Notes: generated by a model not told the origin, from the sequence alone. Counted from the first letter of the stretch, positions 38,519 to 49,041 are shown. The stretch is DNA of 64,000 bases from Bacteroidota bacterium (GCA_046301955.1 JBKCJE010000076.1:2902-66901), one strand, 5' to 3'. Program-made: numbers and translations.

Positions 38519-40489
38519 TTATTGAAGATGTAGAGCCATTTGGTAGGTGATGTAAGCCCCCAAATACGCAATCAAACCGTAGATGAAAAACAAGGCAATT
38601 GGCCAGTTCCACGATCCAATTTCACGCTTCATTACAGCCATCGTACTCATGCATTGCAATGCAAAAGCATAGAATACAATCAAACTCAAAGCATAGGGTA
38701 ACCCGTACAGTGGCTTTCCCGTTTTTGGATTGATTTGAGCCTGCATCTTTTGTCGTATACCCGATTCGTCATCCTCCGAAGATTGAAACAAGGTTCCCAT
38801 CGTACCTACAAATACTTCCCTTGCGGCAAAGCTGGTAATCAGTGCGATGCCCGTTTTCCAATCATAGCCCAACGGTTCAATTAATGGTTCAAAGGCCTTG
38901 CCCAAATGTCCGGCATAACTGGCTTCCAAACGCAAATTGGATTTGATTTCACCCTCGTGAGAAGGATCGAGTTGTGCCAAAATCACGCCTTCAGTTTCTG
39001 CTTTTTTCATCGATTCTGATGGGCCGAAATTGGAGAGAAACCAAAGGATCATAGAGATGATGACGATGACTTTTCCGGCTTCGGAAAGAAAGCTCAAACA
39101 CTTCAGCCAAGCTTGATGCACCACGGTTTGGAAACGCGGTCTTTGGTAGGCTGGAAGTTCTAAGATGAATTCGCTGGGCATCGCATCGCGCTGAAAAATG
39201 CGAAAAACGAAGGCCAATAATATCGCTACAATGATTCCGGCCATGTAGGCGGCGGTGATAACAAAGGTTTGAGCGTGAAAGGGTCCCCAGAACTCGGCGA
39301 AGGGGATCGCCACACTCACTAAAAGCACATATACAGGTAAGCGGGCGCTGCAGCTCATCAGCGGAACAACCAACATCGTTGCCAATCGCTCTCGTCTACT
39401 TTTGATGCTCCGGGTTGCCATAATGCTTGGTATTGCACAGGCAAATCCGCCAATCATTGGGATGATACTGCGTCCGTTTAATCCCAATTTTCGCATAATT
39501 CTATCGGTAATGAAAGACGCTCTCACCATGTATCCTGAGTCTTCCAAAATGCCAATTAGAAAGAATAGAATGAATATCTGGGGTACAAAAACGACCACGC
39601 CTTCTAAGCCGCCGATCAGTCCTTGGGTGATGAAATTCGTGACCATGCCGGTGGGTAGCAGTTGTTCAACGATATTGGTGAGTTGTCGGAAGCCCATTTC
39701 AATCCACTCCATGGGTTTTGCTGCCAAGCTAAAAACGCCCTGAAACAGGACCATCATGATGAGTGCAAACAGCAAATAGCCCAACCATTTGTGGGTGAAA
39801 AACTGATCCAATTTGAGGGTGATGCTTTTCAAACCCACCGGAAATTTGGTGGTGGTGCGCTGAATGACTTTTTCAATGTCGATGTAGCGACGCAAGGTTT
39901 CTTCGCTCAGACCTGGGAGCTTGCCTTGCTCAGAGTAAGTCTTTAATCGATCCGTTAGTTGCGTGGGTTGTCCAAGCAATTTGGGCGTTGCGAATTCCTT
40001 GAAGAGTTGTTTTACTGGGTCGATGTTTTTCTCACGGCGTGGGTTGAAAAAGATGCACGGGATTCCCAATTCTTTGGAAAGGGCATCAGCATCGATTTTT
40101 ACGCCTCTGCGTTTTGCAGAATCGCTCAAAGTGAGCACACAAACAGCAGGAATGCCCAACTCAGCTACTTGAGAGTATAGCAAGAGGTTTCTTCGCAAAT
40201 TGGATGCATCGATGACCAACAATAGGGCTTCGGGCTTGGTCTCGCCAAATCCTGCCAGGTGTTGAACCACCAATCGCTCGTCATCGGAATGGGTGAAGAG
40301 ACTATAAATACCCGGAAGGTCTATCAACTCGATCTTTTGTCCGTCGATTTGAACAAATCCAGTGGATGCTTCAACGGTGGTGCCGGGTAAGTTGCTGGTT
40401 TTTTGGGTGAGTCCGGTTAAACGATTGAACAGGGTGGATTTCCCGCAGTTGGGGTTGCCCACGAAGGCAATGCGTTTGGGTAGACTCAT
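38519..40489 (-). CDS. feoB: Ferrous iron transporter FeoB
   Basis: N-terminal G-domain GNPNCGKSTLFN and DLPG. A large polytopic membrane domain. The start overlaps the feoA stop (ATGA). Confidence 0.95.
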   Translation of the reverse strand: MSLPKRIAFVGNPNCGKSTLFNRLTGLTQKTSNLPGTTVEASTGFVQIDGQKIELIDLPGIYSLFTHSDDERLVVQHLAGFGETKPEALLLVIDASNLRRNLLLYSQVAELGIPAVCVLTLSDSAKRRGVKIDADALSKELGIPCIFFNPRREKNIDPVKQLFKEFATPKLLGQPTQLTDRLKTYSEQGKLPGLSEETLRRYIDIEKVIQRTTTKFPVGLKSITLKLDQFFTHKWLGYLLFALIMMVLFQGVFSLAAKPMEWIEMGFRQLTNIVEQLLPTGMVTNFITQGLIGGLEGVVVFVPQIFILFFLIGILEDSGYMVRASFITDRIMRKLGLNGRSIIPMIGGFACAIPSIMATRSIKSRRERLATMLVVPLMSCSARLPVYVLLVSVAIPFAEFWGPFHAQTFVITAAYMAGIIVAILLAFVFRIFQRDAMPSEFILELPAYQRPRFQTVVHQAWLKCLSFLSEAGKVIVIISMILWFLSNFGPSESMKKAETEGVILAQLDPSHEGEIKSNLRLEASYAGHLGKAFEPLIEPLGYDWKTGIALITSFAAREVFVGTMGTLFQSSEDDESGIRQKMQAQINPKTGKPLYGLPYALSLIVFYAFALQCMSTMAVMKREIGSWNWPIALFFIYGLIAYLGAYITYQMALHLQ

Positions 40490-40728
40490 GCGATAACAGT
40501 TTCTATGGGTTCTACCTGAATGAGGCGGGCCTCTTCTTTTCGCAAGCCCAATAGATAAGTGTCGATGCGATATGCGATGGTTGATCCTCCGGATGATTCG
40601 TACAAACGAATGATTTCTGTACCGGGAACACAGCCCATTTCCGCGAGTTTTAGCGAAAATTGCCCCTCTGTGAGACCGGCAATTTTGGCTTTTTCTCCTT
40701 CCTTGAGAAGATCCGCGGTGGCTTCCAT
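40486..40728 (-). CDS. feoA: Ferrous iron transport protein FeoA
   Basis: Small SH3-like FeoA (LKLAEMGCVPGTEIIRL). ATG 40728 was chosen because a promoter box lies within the longer track ORF. Confidence 0.8.
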   Translation of the reverse strand: MEATADLLKEGEKAKIAGLTEGQFSLKLAEMGCVPGTEIIRLYESSGGSTIAYRIDTYLLGLRKEEARLIQVEPIETVIA

Positions 40729-40734
40729 GATATG

Positions 40735-40742
40735 CAAATTTA
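40735..40742 (-). promoter_or_regulatory. feoAB promoter: -7 box TAAATTTG, with -33 TTTG at 40763..40766
   Basis: Minus-strand TAnnTTTG ends 6 nt before ATG 40728. A TTTG lies 20 nt upstream of the box, within the consensus 19-21 nt spacing. Confidence 0.5.
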
Positions 40743-40743
40743 G

Positions 40744-40770
40744 AATGATTTTAAATAACAACCAAATGAT
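40744..40770. promoter_or_regulatory. Possible Fur-type operator: two AATGAT hexamers 21 bp apart overlapping the feoAB promoter
   Basis: AATGAT at 40744..40749 and at 40765..40770. 40741..40759 matches 12 of 19 positions of the E. coli-type Fur box GATAATGATAATCATTATC by eye. Confidence 0.25.
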
Positions 40771-40845
40771 TGTTGAGAATGCCCCAAAACATTCGGTTTT
40801 GGGATTTTTGGGTGCGCGAAAATCGGGGTTGGTTTTTTGGGAAAC

Positions 40846-40861
40846 ACTGACATTTGTCAGT
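40846..40861. promoter_or_regulatory. Perfect 7-2-7 palindrome ACTGACA-TT-TGTCAGT (candidate dimeric regulator operator)
   Basis: Read directly. Lies in the aroE-feoA spacer about 80 nt upstream of the feoAB -33 element. Confidence 0.3.
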
Positions 40862-40910
40862 CAATCAAAAAAATACTTTCGTGGGGCACTGGATGCCAAA
40901 AAATCAAGGG

Positions 40911-41699
40911 TTAATAGAGGTTTTGTTTGAATAAGTTCCACGCCGCAATGGCTTGGTGTTGTAGCATGGGTTTACCGTTGACGGCCATGGCGCCTTTCTC
41001 TTGGAATCGTTGCATGAGCAGTGTGGATTCTGGATTGTAAACCAAATCAATGAGCTTGTGGGTTGGTTGGATTTCATGCCATGGCAAGTCAACACATTCT
41101 TGGGTATTGGGCCACATACCGACCGGTGTTGTGTGAATGAATAGGGTGTTGGGTTGAATGTAGTGCGACAGTATTGTGTCCGAGAGATGATGGTTGATCA
41201 ATTCATTTCGATGCCAAACCACAAAGGGTATGTGTTCCTGCTCCAAGACAAATTTCACTGCTTTTGCACTGCCGCCGTTTCCCAGAATGATGGCGTTAGA
41301 AATTTCAGGGTGGGATGGGTTGTGCATTCGCGTTAAACTGTGTGCAAAACCATCCACATCTGTGTTGTGTCCGCTGAGGGTTATGCCCGTGTCTGATTGT
41401 TGAACCAACACGGTGTTAACCGCGCCTACGGCGCGGGCCCCTGCAGAAATCCAATCCAAATGGTCTAAAATGCCCACCTTGTGGGGCACCGTAACATTAA
41501 AGCCAATCAAGGGCAAGTCTTGGTTGAGTTGTGCCTGTAAAAAAGAAGGGAAATCCTCTATCGAAGGCAAATCAAACAGTTGGTATTCTGCCTCGTCTAG
41601 GCCCTCATCCCTAAAAAATGCTGCAAAAATCTCGGGTGAACTAGAATGCGATACCGGATGTCCCAATAATCCCAATCGGAAAGCGCGAGGATTTTGCAT
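40911..41699 (-). CDS. aroE: Shikimate dehydrogenase
   Basis: GLLGHPVSHSSSPEIF substrate-binding N-terminus. ILGNGGSAKAV is the Rossmann motif. 262 aa. Confidence 0.85.
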   Translation of the reverse strand: MQNPRAFRLGLLGHPVSHSSSPEIFAAFFRDEGLDEAEYQLFDLPSIEDFPSFLQAQLNQDLPLIGFNVTVPHKVGILDHLDWISAGARAVGAVNTVLVQQSDTGITLSGHNTDVDGFAHSLTRMHNPSHPEISNAIILGNGGSAKAVKFVLEQEHIPFVVWHRNELINHHLSDTILSHYIQPNTLFIHTTPVGMWPNTQECVDLPWHEIQPTHKLIDLVYNPESTLLMQRFQEKGAMAVNGKPMLQHQAIAAWNLFKQNLY

Positions 41700-41723
41700 C
41701 GGGTTCTATTTAAAACGATCGGA

Positions 41724-42374
41724 TTATTTTGAAAACTTCGCTTTCACCGCACTGAAAACAATGGGCATGAGCGACAGTCCAATAATGCCGAAAACAACGG
41801 TTTCAAAGTGGTCGTGCACCCAAGGAATGGATCCCAACAAATAGCCCAAGGTTGTAATGCTGCTTACCCATAGAACGGCGCCAGCAATACAATAGGTCAA
41901 GAATTTGCTGTACTTCATCGTACCCAAACCTGCTGCGAAGGGAGCGAATGTGCGGACAATCGGAACAAAACGCGCCATAATCAACGTGTATCCGCCATGC
42001 TTTTCATAAAAAGCCTCGGTTTGTTCCAAATACTCTCGCTTCAATAATTTCCATTTCAAGTCGAATATTCTTACGCCGATTCTCGATCCAATAAAATAAT
42101 TGGTGTTATCGCCCAGCAACGCAGCACAAATCAACAAAGGAATCAATACGAAAATATTCAGGGGATTGCCATCCATGGCAGCAATTGAACCAGCCGCAAA
42201 GAGCAAACTGTCGCCCGGTAACAGGGGCATAACCACCAAACCAGTTTCTACGAAAACAATGGCAAACAAAATCAAATAGGTGAGGTTTTTGTATTCTCCA
42301 ACCAAATATTGAAGTTTGTCGTCGAGGTGTAAAAGCCAATCTTTGGCAAAATCAATGAGCGAAAGTACAGTCAT
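41724..42374 (-). CDS. DedA family membrane protein
   Basis: 216 aa. ETGLVVMPLLPGDSLLFAAG and the FVPIVRTFAPFAAG re-entrant motifs are present. Confidence 0.85.
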   Translation of the reverse strand: MTVLSLIDFAKDWLLHLDDKLQYLVGEYKNLTYLILFAIVFVETGLVVMPLLPGDSLLFAAGSIAAMDGNPLNIFVLIPLLICAALLGDNTNYFIGSRIGVRIFDLKWKLLKREYLEQTEAFYEKHGGYTLIMARFVPIVRTFAPFAAGLGTMKYSKFLTYCIAGAVLWVSSITTLGYLLGSIPWVHDHFETVVFGIIGLSLMPIVFSAVKAKFSK

Positions 42375-42441
42375 AATGGTACTGCAATTTTACAACACGG
42401 GTTTGATGCGATTGACATCTGTTGGTGTATATTTGTGTTAA

Positions 42442-42591
42442 ATGCAAAAAAATCGCTCATTCATAGCTCGCTTTGTTGGCCTCGTGATGATTTGTTCCAT
42501 TGTGGGATTTGCGGTCATGTCTACCGGATGTGGCAGTGCCAAGCATGGCAGGGTTAAAGCGAAGAATACCGGTTGCAACTGCGGTTTTTGA
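42442..42591 (+). CDS. Small (49 aa) putative lipoprotein, Cys-rich C-terminus; not in ORF track
   Basis: ATG...TGA translated by hand: MQKNRSFIARFVGLVMICSIVGFAVMSTGCGSAKHGRVKAKNTGCNCGF. Signal peptide plus lipobox STGC. Fills an otherwise empty 348-nt gap. Confidence 0.35.
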   Translation: MQKNRSFIARFVGLVMICSIVGFAVMSTGCGSAKHGRVKAKNTGCNCGF

Positions 42592-42700
42592 CCAGATTGG
42601 TTGATTTTTAACCAATTATCTTGTTCAATTTATCATAAGAATTACGGTGAGCGATGCATCTTTGTTGGTGTATCGTAGGGGGAAATTGCCGGATGATGCC

Positions 42701-42708
42701 TAATTTTG
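42701..42708 (+). promoter_or_regulatory. -7 promoter box TAATTTTG for ahcY
   Basis: TAnnTTTG 14 nt upstream of ATG 42723. This supports the trimmed start. Confidence 0.4.
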
Positions 42709-42722
42709 CGCAAAATTTTACA

Positions 42723-44036
42723 ATGACAACACAATCTTCATACGTTCCTTACAAGGTAAAAGACATCTCATTGGCAGAATGGGGTAGAAAAGAAATTAAA
42801 ATGGCTGAAGCCGAAATGCCCGGTTTGATGGCCTTGCGTGCCGAATACGGTGCTTCTAAGCCATTGGCTGGTGCCCGCGTTGCCGGTTGCTTGCACATGA
42901 CCATCCAAACTGCCGTTTTGATTGAAACTTTGGTAGAATTGGGTGCCGAGGTAACTTGGAGCTCTTGCAACATTTTCTCAACCCAAGACCATGCCGCTGC
43001 GGCAATTGCTGCTGCCGGAATCTCTGTGTATGCATGGAAAGGTCAGAACGAAGAAGAATTTGACTGGTGCATCGAGCAAACATTGCATTTTGGTGAAGAC
43101 CAAAAGCCCCTGAACATGATTTTGGATGATGGCGGCGATTTGACCAACATGGTGTTTGATAAATACCCTGAATTGATCGCTGGTATCAAAGGTTTGAGTG
43201 AAGAAACCACCACCGGTGTTCACCGTTTGTATGAGCGTATGGCGAAAGGCACTTTGCACATCCCTGCGATCAACGTAAACGATAGCGTTACCAAGAGCAA
43301 ATTCGATAACAAATACGGTTGTAAAGAAAGTTTGGTGGACGCAATCCGCAGAGCTACTGATGTGATGATGGCCGGTAAAGTGGCTGTGGTTTGCGGATAT
43401 GGCGACGTAGGAAAAGGTTCTGCCGATTCTTTACGCGGTGCAGGTGCACGTGTTATGGTAACAGACATCGATCCGAATTGCGCTTTGCAAGCAGCGATGG
43501 ACGGCTACCACGTGGTACACATCGACAAAGCGATCCCTCAGGCGAACATCGTAGTAACCGCTACCGGTAACTGTAACATCGTAACCGCGAAGCATTTCGA
43601 ATCAATGAAGGACAAAACCATTGTTTGTAACATCGGTCACTTCGACAATGAAATCGATATGGCTTGGTTGAATCAAAACCATGGTGATACTAAATACACC
43701 ATCAAACCACAGGTTGACGTGTACAACTTGAATGGCAACGAAATCATCGTATTGGCTGAAGGTCGTTTGGTGAACTTGGGTTGTGCGATGGGTCACCCTA
43801 GCTTTGTGATGAGTAATAGCTTCACCAACCAAACTTTGGCTCAGTTGGAATTGTGGAACAACCACGCCAGCTACAAAAATGAGGTTTACGTGTTGCCAAA
43901 GCACTTGGATGAAAAGGTTGCTAAATTGCACTTGGCGCACATTGGTGCTGAGTTGACCGAGTTAACCCAAGAGCAAGCGGATTATATCGGCGTGAATTTG
44001 AACGGTCCTTTCAAAAAGGATACTTACAGATATTAA
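42723..44036 (+). CDS. ahcY: Adenosylhomocysteinase
   Basis: Trimmed to [28 protein letters not shown]-binding [10 protein letters not shown]. 437 aa. Confidence 0.95.
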   Translation: MTTQSSYVPYKVKDISLAEWGRKEIKMAEAEMPGLMALRAEYGASKPLAGARVAGCLHMTIQTAVLIETLVELGAEVTWSSCNIFSTQDHAAAAIAAAGISVYAWKGQNEEEFDWCIEQTLHFGEDQKPLNMILDDGGDLTNMVFDKYPELIAGIKGLSEETTTGVHRLYERMAKGTLHIPAINVNDSVTKSKFDNKYGCKESLVDAIRRATDVMMAGKVAVVCGYGDVGKGSADSLRGAGARVMVTDIDPNCALQAAMDGYHVVHIDKAIPQANIVVTATGNCNIVTAKHFESMKDKTIVCNIGHFDNEIDMAWLNQNHGDTKYTIKPQVDVYNLNGNEIIVLAEGRLVNLGCAMGHPSFVMSNSFTNQTLAQLELWNNHASYKNEVYVLPKHLDEKVAKLHLAHIGAELTELTQEQADYIGVNLNGPFKKDTYRY

Positions 44037-45556
44037 TTTTGATTTGCGGCAGGGTTCCACTGTTGATAGGTGGTGCCCTGCTCAAATTGGAAGTAGCGAG
44101 GGTTCAATTGATCGATTCGCTGCGGCATCTCAAAGGGTGCCCCAATAATCACTGTGTCGCCGATGCGGTGTTGAATATTCTCCCAATCTCCCAATTCTTC
44201 TGTGCTCATAGCCTTCATGGTCTTCGTTTTTGGCGCCTTGTTCAAATGGCCAATCTCGTCAATATGAGTTTTGCTGATGCTAGTGCTGTGCATGCAGGAA
44301 ATCAAAGCCGTTTCATAAGTTAATCCCCACAAGGATCCGGGAAACACCCGTTGCGACAGTGTATCGTAGTGTGAAATCATTTTTGCCGATGGCATTTGAT
44401 CTACCAGTAATTTCACTTGTGTAATGCGGTTTTTGTAGATGGGGCTGTATTTCTGAATGCCCAGCAACATGTTGAGCGATAAAAACCACGGAAGAATGCC
44501 AATCAAGCTATGCGATAGCCCGCGTTGTTTTGCGGTGAGCTGAACCAAGCGATATTCGCCATGCTTGGGTCTTTGGCTGGCCCATAGGTAGGCGGGTATC
44601 GACATCATGGTAACTACTGCGATGGGATAAAAGAACTTCTCCATATTGATGTGTGCATCGCCTTGCGAATAAATCAACAGTGCAATCATCGCATCCACAG
44701 CAACGACCCCGAAAAACAGGATGGAAATCCATCGCCATGGCTTCGTGAGACCGATCAACAGGCAGGCAAGTGCTGTAATCGCTGGGATGAAAAACCAACT
44801 TGCGTGAACCAGATAATTTACGCTCCACAATTCAGTAAAATGCACCCAAGTAGTTGGGTCAAGCAAAGTGTGATACAGTCCGCTATCGTATGCATTGCTG
44901 GGGAAGGCCATCGCCTTTAAAAGGAAAACAACCCCCAGACTTAATCCCAAAATTAGCCAGTCCTTTTTTGCGAGGATAGCCAATCCCAAACCAAGTAACA
45001 ACGGCGTATAGAGCAAAGCGGCGGGGTGCGATAAAAACATGGTGGCAATTCCCAATATGAGGACCACCAACTGTTTGTGCTTGTGCGATTGCGACGGACT
45101 GTTTTGGGTAAGGATGTCTGTGAATACCGCTGTGGCCAAAAAAGCCAATGTGGCCAGTCCGATTTCGCTGTAGCCAATGAAGAAAACTTCTGAACCACCT
45201 ATAAAAAAGAGCAAGAAAAATACCCAGCGGTGAGCGCTTTTTGCGGTTGCAGCCCAAGCCATCCAAGCCATCAAGGGGAGTATGAGATTGACGCTTTGAA
45301 GTACCCAATGAATTGGCGCACCCAAATATGTAAGTAACTGTCCTGGCCAAACGATCAGTTCACATGCAAATCGGTCGTAAAACAGCGGTTGATGATTGAG
45401 GATGCGATAAAGGGTGTAGGCGCTATCGGTGTGCAGCCATCGCTCCTGCCCCAAATGGAAAACTACGAACAACCAAAGCGGCCAAATGAGTCCTTCTGCA
45501 TGTTTGCCAAGCCACCGCGACTGGGTTGATATGACAGGGCGCAAAGGGCTGTTCAT
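44033..45556 (-). CDS. Hypothetical polytopic membrane protein with C-terminal soluble domain
   Basis: About 10-12 hydrophobic helices, then a non-membrane tail of ~130 aa. The stop codon overlaps the ahcY stop. No family recognised. Confidence 0.6.
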   Translation of the reverse strand: MNSPLRPVISTQSRWLGKHAEGLIWPLWLFVVFHLGQERWLHTDSAYTLYRILNHQPLFYDRFACELIVWPGQLLTYLGAPIHWVLQSVNLILPLMAWMAWAATAKSAHRWVFFLLFFIGGSEVFFIGYSEIGLATLAFLATAVFTDILTQNSPSQSHKHKQLVVLILGIATMFLSHPAALLYTPLLLGLGLAILAKKDWLILGLSLGVVFLLKAMAFPSNAYDSGLYHTLLDPTTWVHFTELWSVNYLVHASWFFIPAITALACLLIGLTKPWRWISILFFGVVAVDAMIALLIYSQGDAHINMEKFFYPIAVVTMMSIPAYLWASQRPKHGEYRLVQLTAKQRGLSHSLIGILPWFLSLNMLLGIQKYSPIYKNRITQVKLLVDQMPSAKMISHYDTLSQRVFPGSLWGLTYETALISCMHSTSISKTHIDEIGHLNKAPKTKTMKAMSTEELGDWENIQHRIGDTVIIGAPFEMPQRIDQLNPRYFQFEQGTTYQQWNPAANQN

Positions 45557-45560
45557 TGGC

Positions 45561-47456
45561 TTAGTCCTCGGCCAAAGCTGCGTCGGGTTCCAAAACGGTT
45601 TTTACAATCTCCGGCTGATCGTCCTTCTCAACAATGAGGTTGTCGATGATGAATTCTTGACGTTCAGGGGTGTTTTTGCCCATGTAATAATTGAGCAATT
45701 TTTCGATGTTCGATTCCTGGCTCAAGATCACGGGTTCGATGCGAATATCGGGACCAATGAAACCAGCAAATTCATCGGGCGATATCTCACCTAGTCCCTT
45801 AAATCGTGTGATTTCGGGTTTGTGTCCAAGCTTGGCGATGGCATTTTTACGTTCATCATCGGAATAGCAGTAGATGGTTTCCTTTTTGTTTCTTACGCGG
45901 AATAGCGGGGTGCCCAGGATGTATAGGTGTCCATTTCTTACCAAATCGGGGAAGAATTGCAAGAAGAAGGTCATCAATAGCAGACGAATGTGCATCCCAT
46001 CGACGTCGGCATCGGTGGCGATGACGATTTTGTTGTAGCGCAGGTTTTCAAGTCCTTCCTCGATGTCTAGGGCGTGCTGCAACCGGTTGAATTCTTCATT
46101 TTCGTATACGATTTTCTTCTTTAGTCCATAGCAGTTTAGCGGTTTACCACGTAAACTAAAAACGGCTTGAAGGTTGGGGTTTCTGCTTTTGGTGATGGAT
46201 CCGCTGGCGCTATCTCCCTCGGTAATGAATAGGGTTGTTTCAAAGCGCACATCCGATTTTGCATCGCCGAGGTGGGTTTTGCAATCGCGTAGTTTTTTGT
46301 TGTGTAGGTTGGCTCGTTTAGCCCTTTCCTTGGCCAATTTTTGCACGCCTGCCATGTCTTTCCGTTCGCGTTCATTTTGCAGGATTTTCTTGAGCAATGC
46401 ATCCGCAGCGGTTGGGTTTTTATGCAGGTAATCGTCAACGTTTTTCTTGACGAAATCGAGCATGGCAGTTTTGATACTTGGTCCGTCGGGACCCATATCT
46501 GCGCTACCCAATTTGGTTTTGGTCTGACTTTCAAACACCGGTTCCATGATGCGTATGCTGATGGCGGCGGTGATGGAAGCGCGAATGTCTGTGGCATCGA
46601 ACTCTTTTTTGTAGAATTCACGGATGGTTTTCACGAAGGCTTCGCGGAATGCGGCCAAGTGTGTGCCTCCTTGGGTGGTATACTGTCCGTTAACAAACGA
46701 GTAGTACTCTTCGCCATAGGAATCAGTGTGGGTAAAGGCCAATTCTACATCGTCGTTTTTGACATGAATAACAGGGTAGAGTGCGGCTTCGGCAGTAACC
46801 TTGTGTTCAAGCAAATCGAGGAGGCCTCGCCGCGACGCATAACTTTCGCCATTGAAGCGAATGGTAAGGGCCGAGTTGAGGTAGGTATAATTCTTGATTT
46901 GCTCGCGCAGAAATTCATTGATGTAGCGGTAGTTTTTGAAGATGCTGGCATCGGGTTCGAAGACCATCATGGTGCCGTTTGGTTCTGTGGTGTCGCCCTC
47001 AGGGGTATCGACCATGAGTTCGCCGCGCTCAAATTCGGCCCGTTTGGTTCTGCCATCACGGAAACTCTGCACTACGAAATAATTTGACAGGGCGTTCACC
47101 GCTTTGGTACCCACACCATTCAATCCAACCGATTTTTGGAAGGCTTTGGAATCGTACTTACCACCGGTGTTGATTTTGGATACGCAATCAATCACTTTTC
47201 CCAACGGAATACCCCGACCCCAGTCGCGAATGGTTACTCGCTTGTCATCGATTGTTATATCGATGCGTTTGCCATTGCCCATCACGTGTTCGTCGATGGA
47301 GTTATCGACAATCTCCTTCACCAAAACGTAGATGCCATCATCTGCAGCGGTACCATCGCCCAGTTTTCCGATGTACATACCGGGACGCAGGCGGATGTGT
47401 TCTTTCCAATCCAGACTCCTGATTTCGTCTTCGGTATACCTAGCCTGTTCACTCAT
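45561..47456 (-). CDS. parE: Type IIA topoisomerase subunit B (topoisomerase IV ParE-type)
   Basis: GHKL ATPase ([28 protein letters not shown]). Toprim ([21 protein letters not shown]). The 631-aa size and N-terminus are typical of Bacteroidota ParE rather than GyrB. Confidence 0.85.
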   Translation of the reverse strand: MSEQARYTEDEIRSLDWKEHIRLRPGMYIGKLGDGTAADDGIYVLVKEIVDNSIDEHVMGNGKRIDITIDDKRVTIRDWGRGIPLGKVIDCVSKINTGGKYDSKAFQKSVGLNGVGTKAVNALSNYFVVQSFRDGRTKRAEFERGELMVDTPEGDTTEPNGTMMVFEPDASIFKNYRYINEFLREQIKNYTYLNSALTIRFNGESYASRRGLLDLLEHKVTAEAALYPVIHVKNDDVELAFTHTDSYGEEYYSFVNGQYTTQGGTHLAAFREAFVKTIREFYKKEFDATDIRASITAAISIRIMEPVFESQTKTKLGSADMGPDGPSIKTAMLDFVKKNVDDYLHKNPTAADALLKKILQNERERKDMAGVQKLAKERAKRANLHNKKLRDCKTHLGDAKSDVRFETTLFITEGDSASGSITKSRNPNLQAVFSLRGKPLNCYGLKKKIVYENEEFNRLQHALDIEEGLENLRYNKIVIATDADVDGMHIRLLLMTFFLQFFPDLVRNGHLYILGTPLFRVRNKKETIYCYSDDERKNAIAKLGHKPEITRFKGLGEISPDEFAGFIGPDIRIEPVILSQESNIEKLLNYYMGKNTPERQEFIIDNLIVEKDDQPEIVKTVLEPDAALAED

Positions 47457-47528
47457 AAATACAATATTAATGATTGGATTTCAACCACTATGCCCGAGTT
47501 TTTCACATCCTTCACTTATTTTCGCGTT

Positions 47529-48065
47529 ATGAAATGGTATGGATTGATGGGTGTGCTTTTGATGATTTCGGGGTGCACTTCGAAATTTGATCAGGATTTT
47601 GCCAAGGTGGCTCCTTACGAGGCGATGATTGTGCCCAAAGTACAGTGGGATAAACTCCCCGATTCAGCCACGATTCCTTTGATGACGTTTGCCAAAGCGC
47701 ATCCGGAATATAAGCACAGCAGCGATTTTGTGTATGTGTGTACAAGGATTGTGGAGCGACAAGGGATGGTATTTAAGGCTGCGGAATACAGCGAATATTA
47801 CATCGAACAGTTCAAGCCATCGGGCAAGCCTTTGATGGAAATGTTGGTGGTGGCGTCGCACTATTACGAGCAAGGCGGGGCCTTAGATAAGGCGTTGAAA
47901 TACTATCAGCGATTGGCCAAAGAGTTCGCAAATGAAGAAGTTGGCAAGCAAGCGGTGACCATGATTGATATGCTGAATTTGGGACTTACAACCCCCGAAG
48001 CACAGATGAATTACATCCTGAAAAAGGCAGCCAAAGACTCAGGAAATACGGCGAATGCTCATTGA
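47529..48065 (+). CDS. Hypothetical lipoprotein, first gene of the Moco operon
   Basis: Track ORF 47136..48065 trimmed to MKWYGLMGVLLMISGCTS (lipobox ISGC). The 3' end overlaps the moaA start by 11 nt. Confidence 0.55.
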   Translation: MKWYGLMGVLLMISGCTSKFDQDFAKVAPYEAMIVPKVQWDKLPDSATIPLMTFAKAHPEYKHSSDFVYVCTRIVERQGMVFKAAEYSEYYIEQFKPSGKPLMEMLVVASHYYEQGGALDKALKYYQRLAKEFANEEVGKQAVTMIDMLNLGLTTPEAQMNYILKKAAKDSGNTANAH

Positions 48066-49041
48066 TTCCTTCCATCGGGTACACGATTATTTGCGAATTT
48101 CGCTAACGGATAATTGCAATTTGCGATGTTCGTATTGCATGCCCGAGGAGGACTACGATTTCACGCCGGCCAGTCGGTTGATGCAGGTGAACGAAGTGGT
48201 GACGATTGCCAAGGCTTTTGTGGATGCGGGGGTAAAGAAAATTCGGTTAACCGGCGGTGAGCCATTGGTGAGAAAGGATGCCGGAGAAATAATACAACAA
48301 TTGAGCGGCTTGGGAGTAGAACTCACAATGACCACCAACGCCACCCAAATTCATTTGTATGCCGATTTGATGTGGGAGGCGGGTGTGCGGAAAATCAACG
48401 TGAGTTTGGATACGCTCAACCGGGATACGTTTTTGTTTTTGACCAAGCGCGATTTGTTTGATCGGGTGAAGGAAAATATCGACTTGTTGCTGAAAAAGGG
48501 ATTTGCTGTTAAGGTGAATGCGGTGGTGATGAAAGGCGTGAACGAGGCCGAGATTTTGGATTTTGTAACATGGAGTGCAGCTGCGCCGGTGGATGTTCGC
48601 TTCATTGAGTTTATGCCGTTTGAAGGAAATCGCTGGGAGCAGGAAAAGGTGGTAACTTGGCAACAGATGTTGGACGTTGTTCGCAATGCGTATGGTGCTG
48701 GGATTGAGCCACTGCCGCGCAAAGCCCATGAAACGGTGAAGCAATATCGGGTGATTGGCGGAAAGGGAACGTTTGCGGTGATTAGTACAATGAGTGCGCC
48801 TTTTTGTGGCGATTGCAATCGGATGCGCCTTACGGCCGACGGGAAAATGAAAAATTGCCTGTTTAGCAAAGGAGAAACCGATTTGTTGGGCGCTTTGCGG
48901 AAGGGAGAGTCCTTGTTGCCCTTGATTGAGGACAACATTGGTCAGAAGGCGATGGCCTTGGGCGGACAGTTTGCGGGGGATTTGGAGAACATTGATGCGG
49001 CGAGCATTGTGAATCGGAGTATGATAACCATTGGCGGATAG
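48055..49041 (+). CDS. moaA: GTP 3',8-cyclase (radical SAM)
   Basis: CNLRCSYC radical-SAM cluster. C-terminal CGDCNRMRLTADG second cluster. 328 aa. Confidence 0.95.
   Translation: MLIDSFHRVHDYLRISLTDNCNLRCSYCMPEEDYDFTPASRLMQVNEVVTIAKAFVDAGVKKIRLTGGEPLVRKDAGEIIQQLSGLGVELTMTTNATQIHLYADLMWEAGVRKINVSLDTLNRDTFLFLTKRDLFDRVKENIDLLLKKGFAVKVNAVVMKGVNEAEILDFVTWSAAAPVDVRFIEFMPFEGNRWEQEKVVTWQQMLDVVRNAYGAGIEPLPRKAHETVKQYRVIGGKGTFAVISTMSAPFCGDCNRMRLTADGKMKNCLFSKGETDLLGALRKGESLLPLIEDNIGQKAMALGGQFAGDLENIDAASIVNRSMITIGG

Noticed and set aside
42592-42722. I looked for an SAH or SAM riboswitch upstream of ahcY.
   Set aside because: A -7 box lies only 14 nt from the ATG, which leaves no leader long enough. 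I saw no conserved riboswitch core. A covariance-model scan (for example Rfam RF01057) would settle it.
46341-47087. A 248-aa ORF antisense to parE. The 5' part of track ORF 47136..48065 is also antisense to parE.
   Set aside because: The parE sense frame carries GHKL and Toprim motifs throughout, and the antisense product has no recognisable features. For 47136..48065, only the part from ATG 47529 onward (the lipoprotein signal) is credible.
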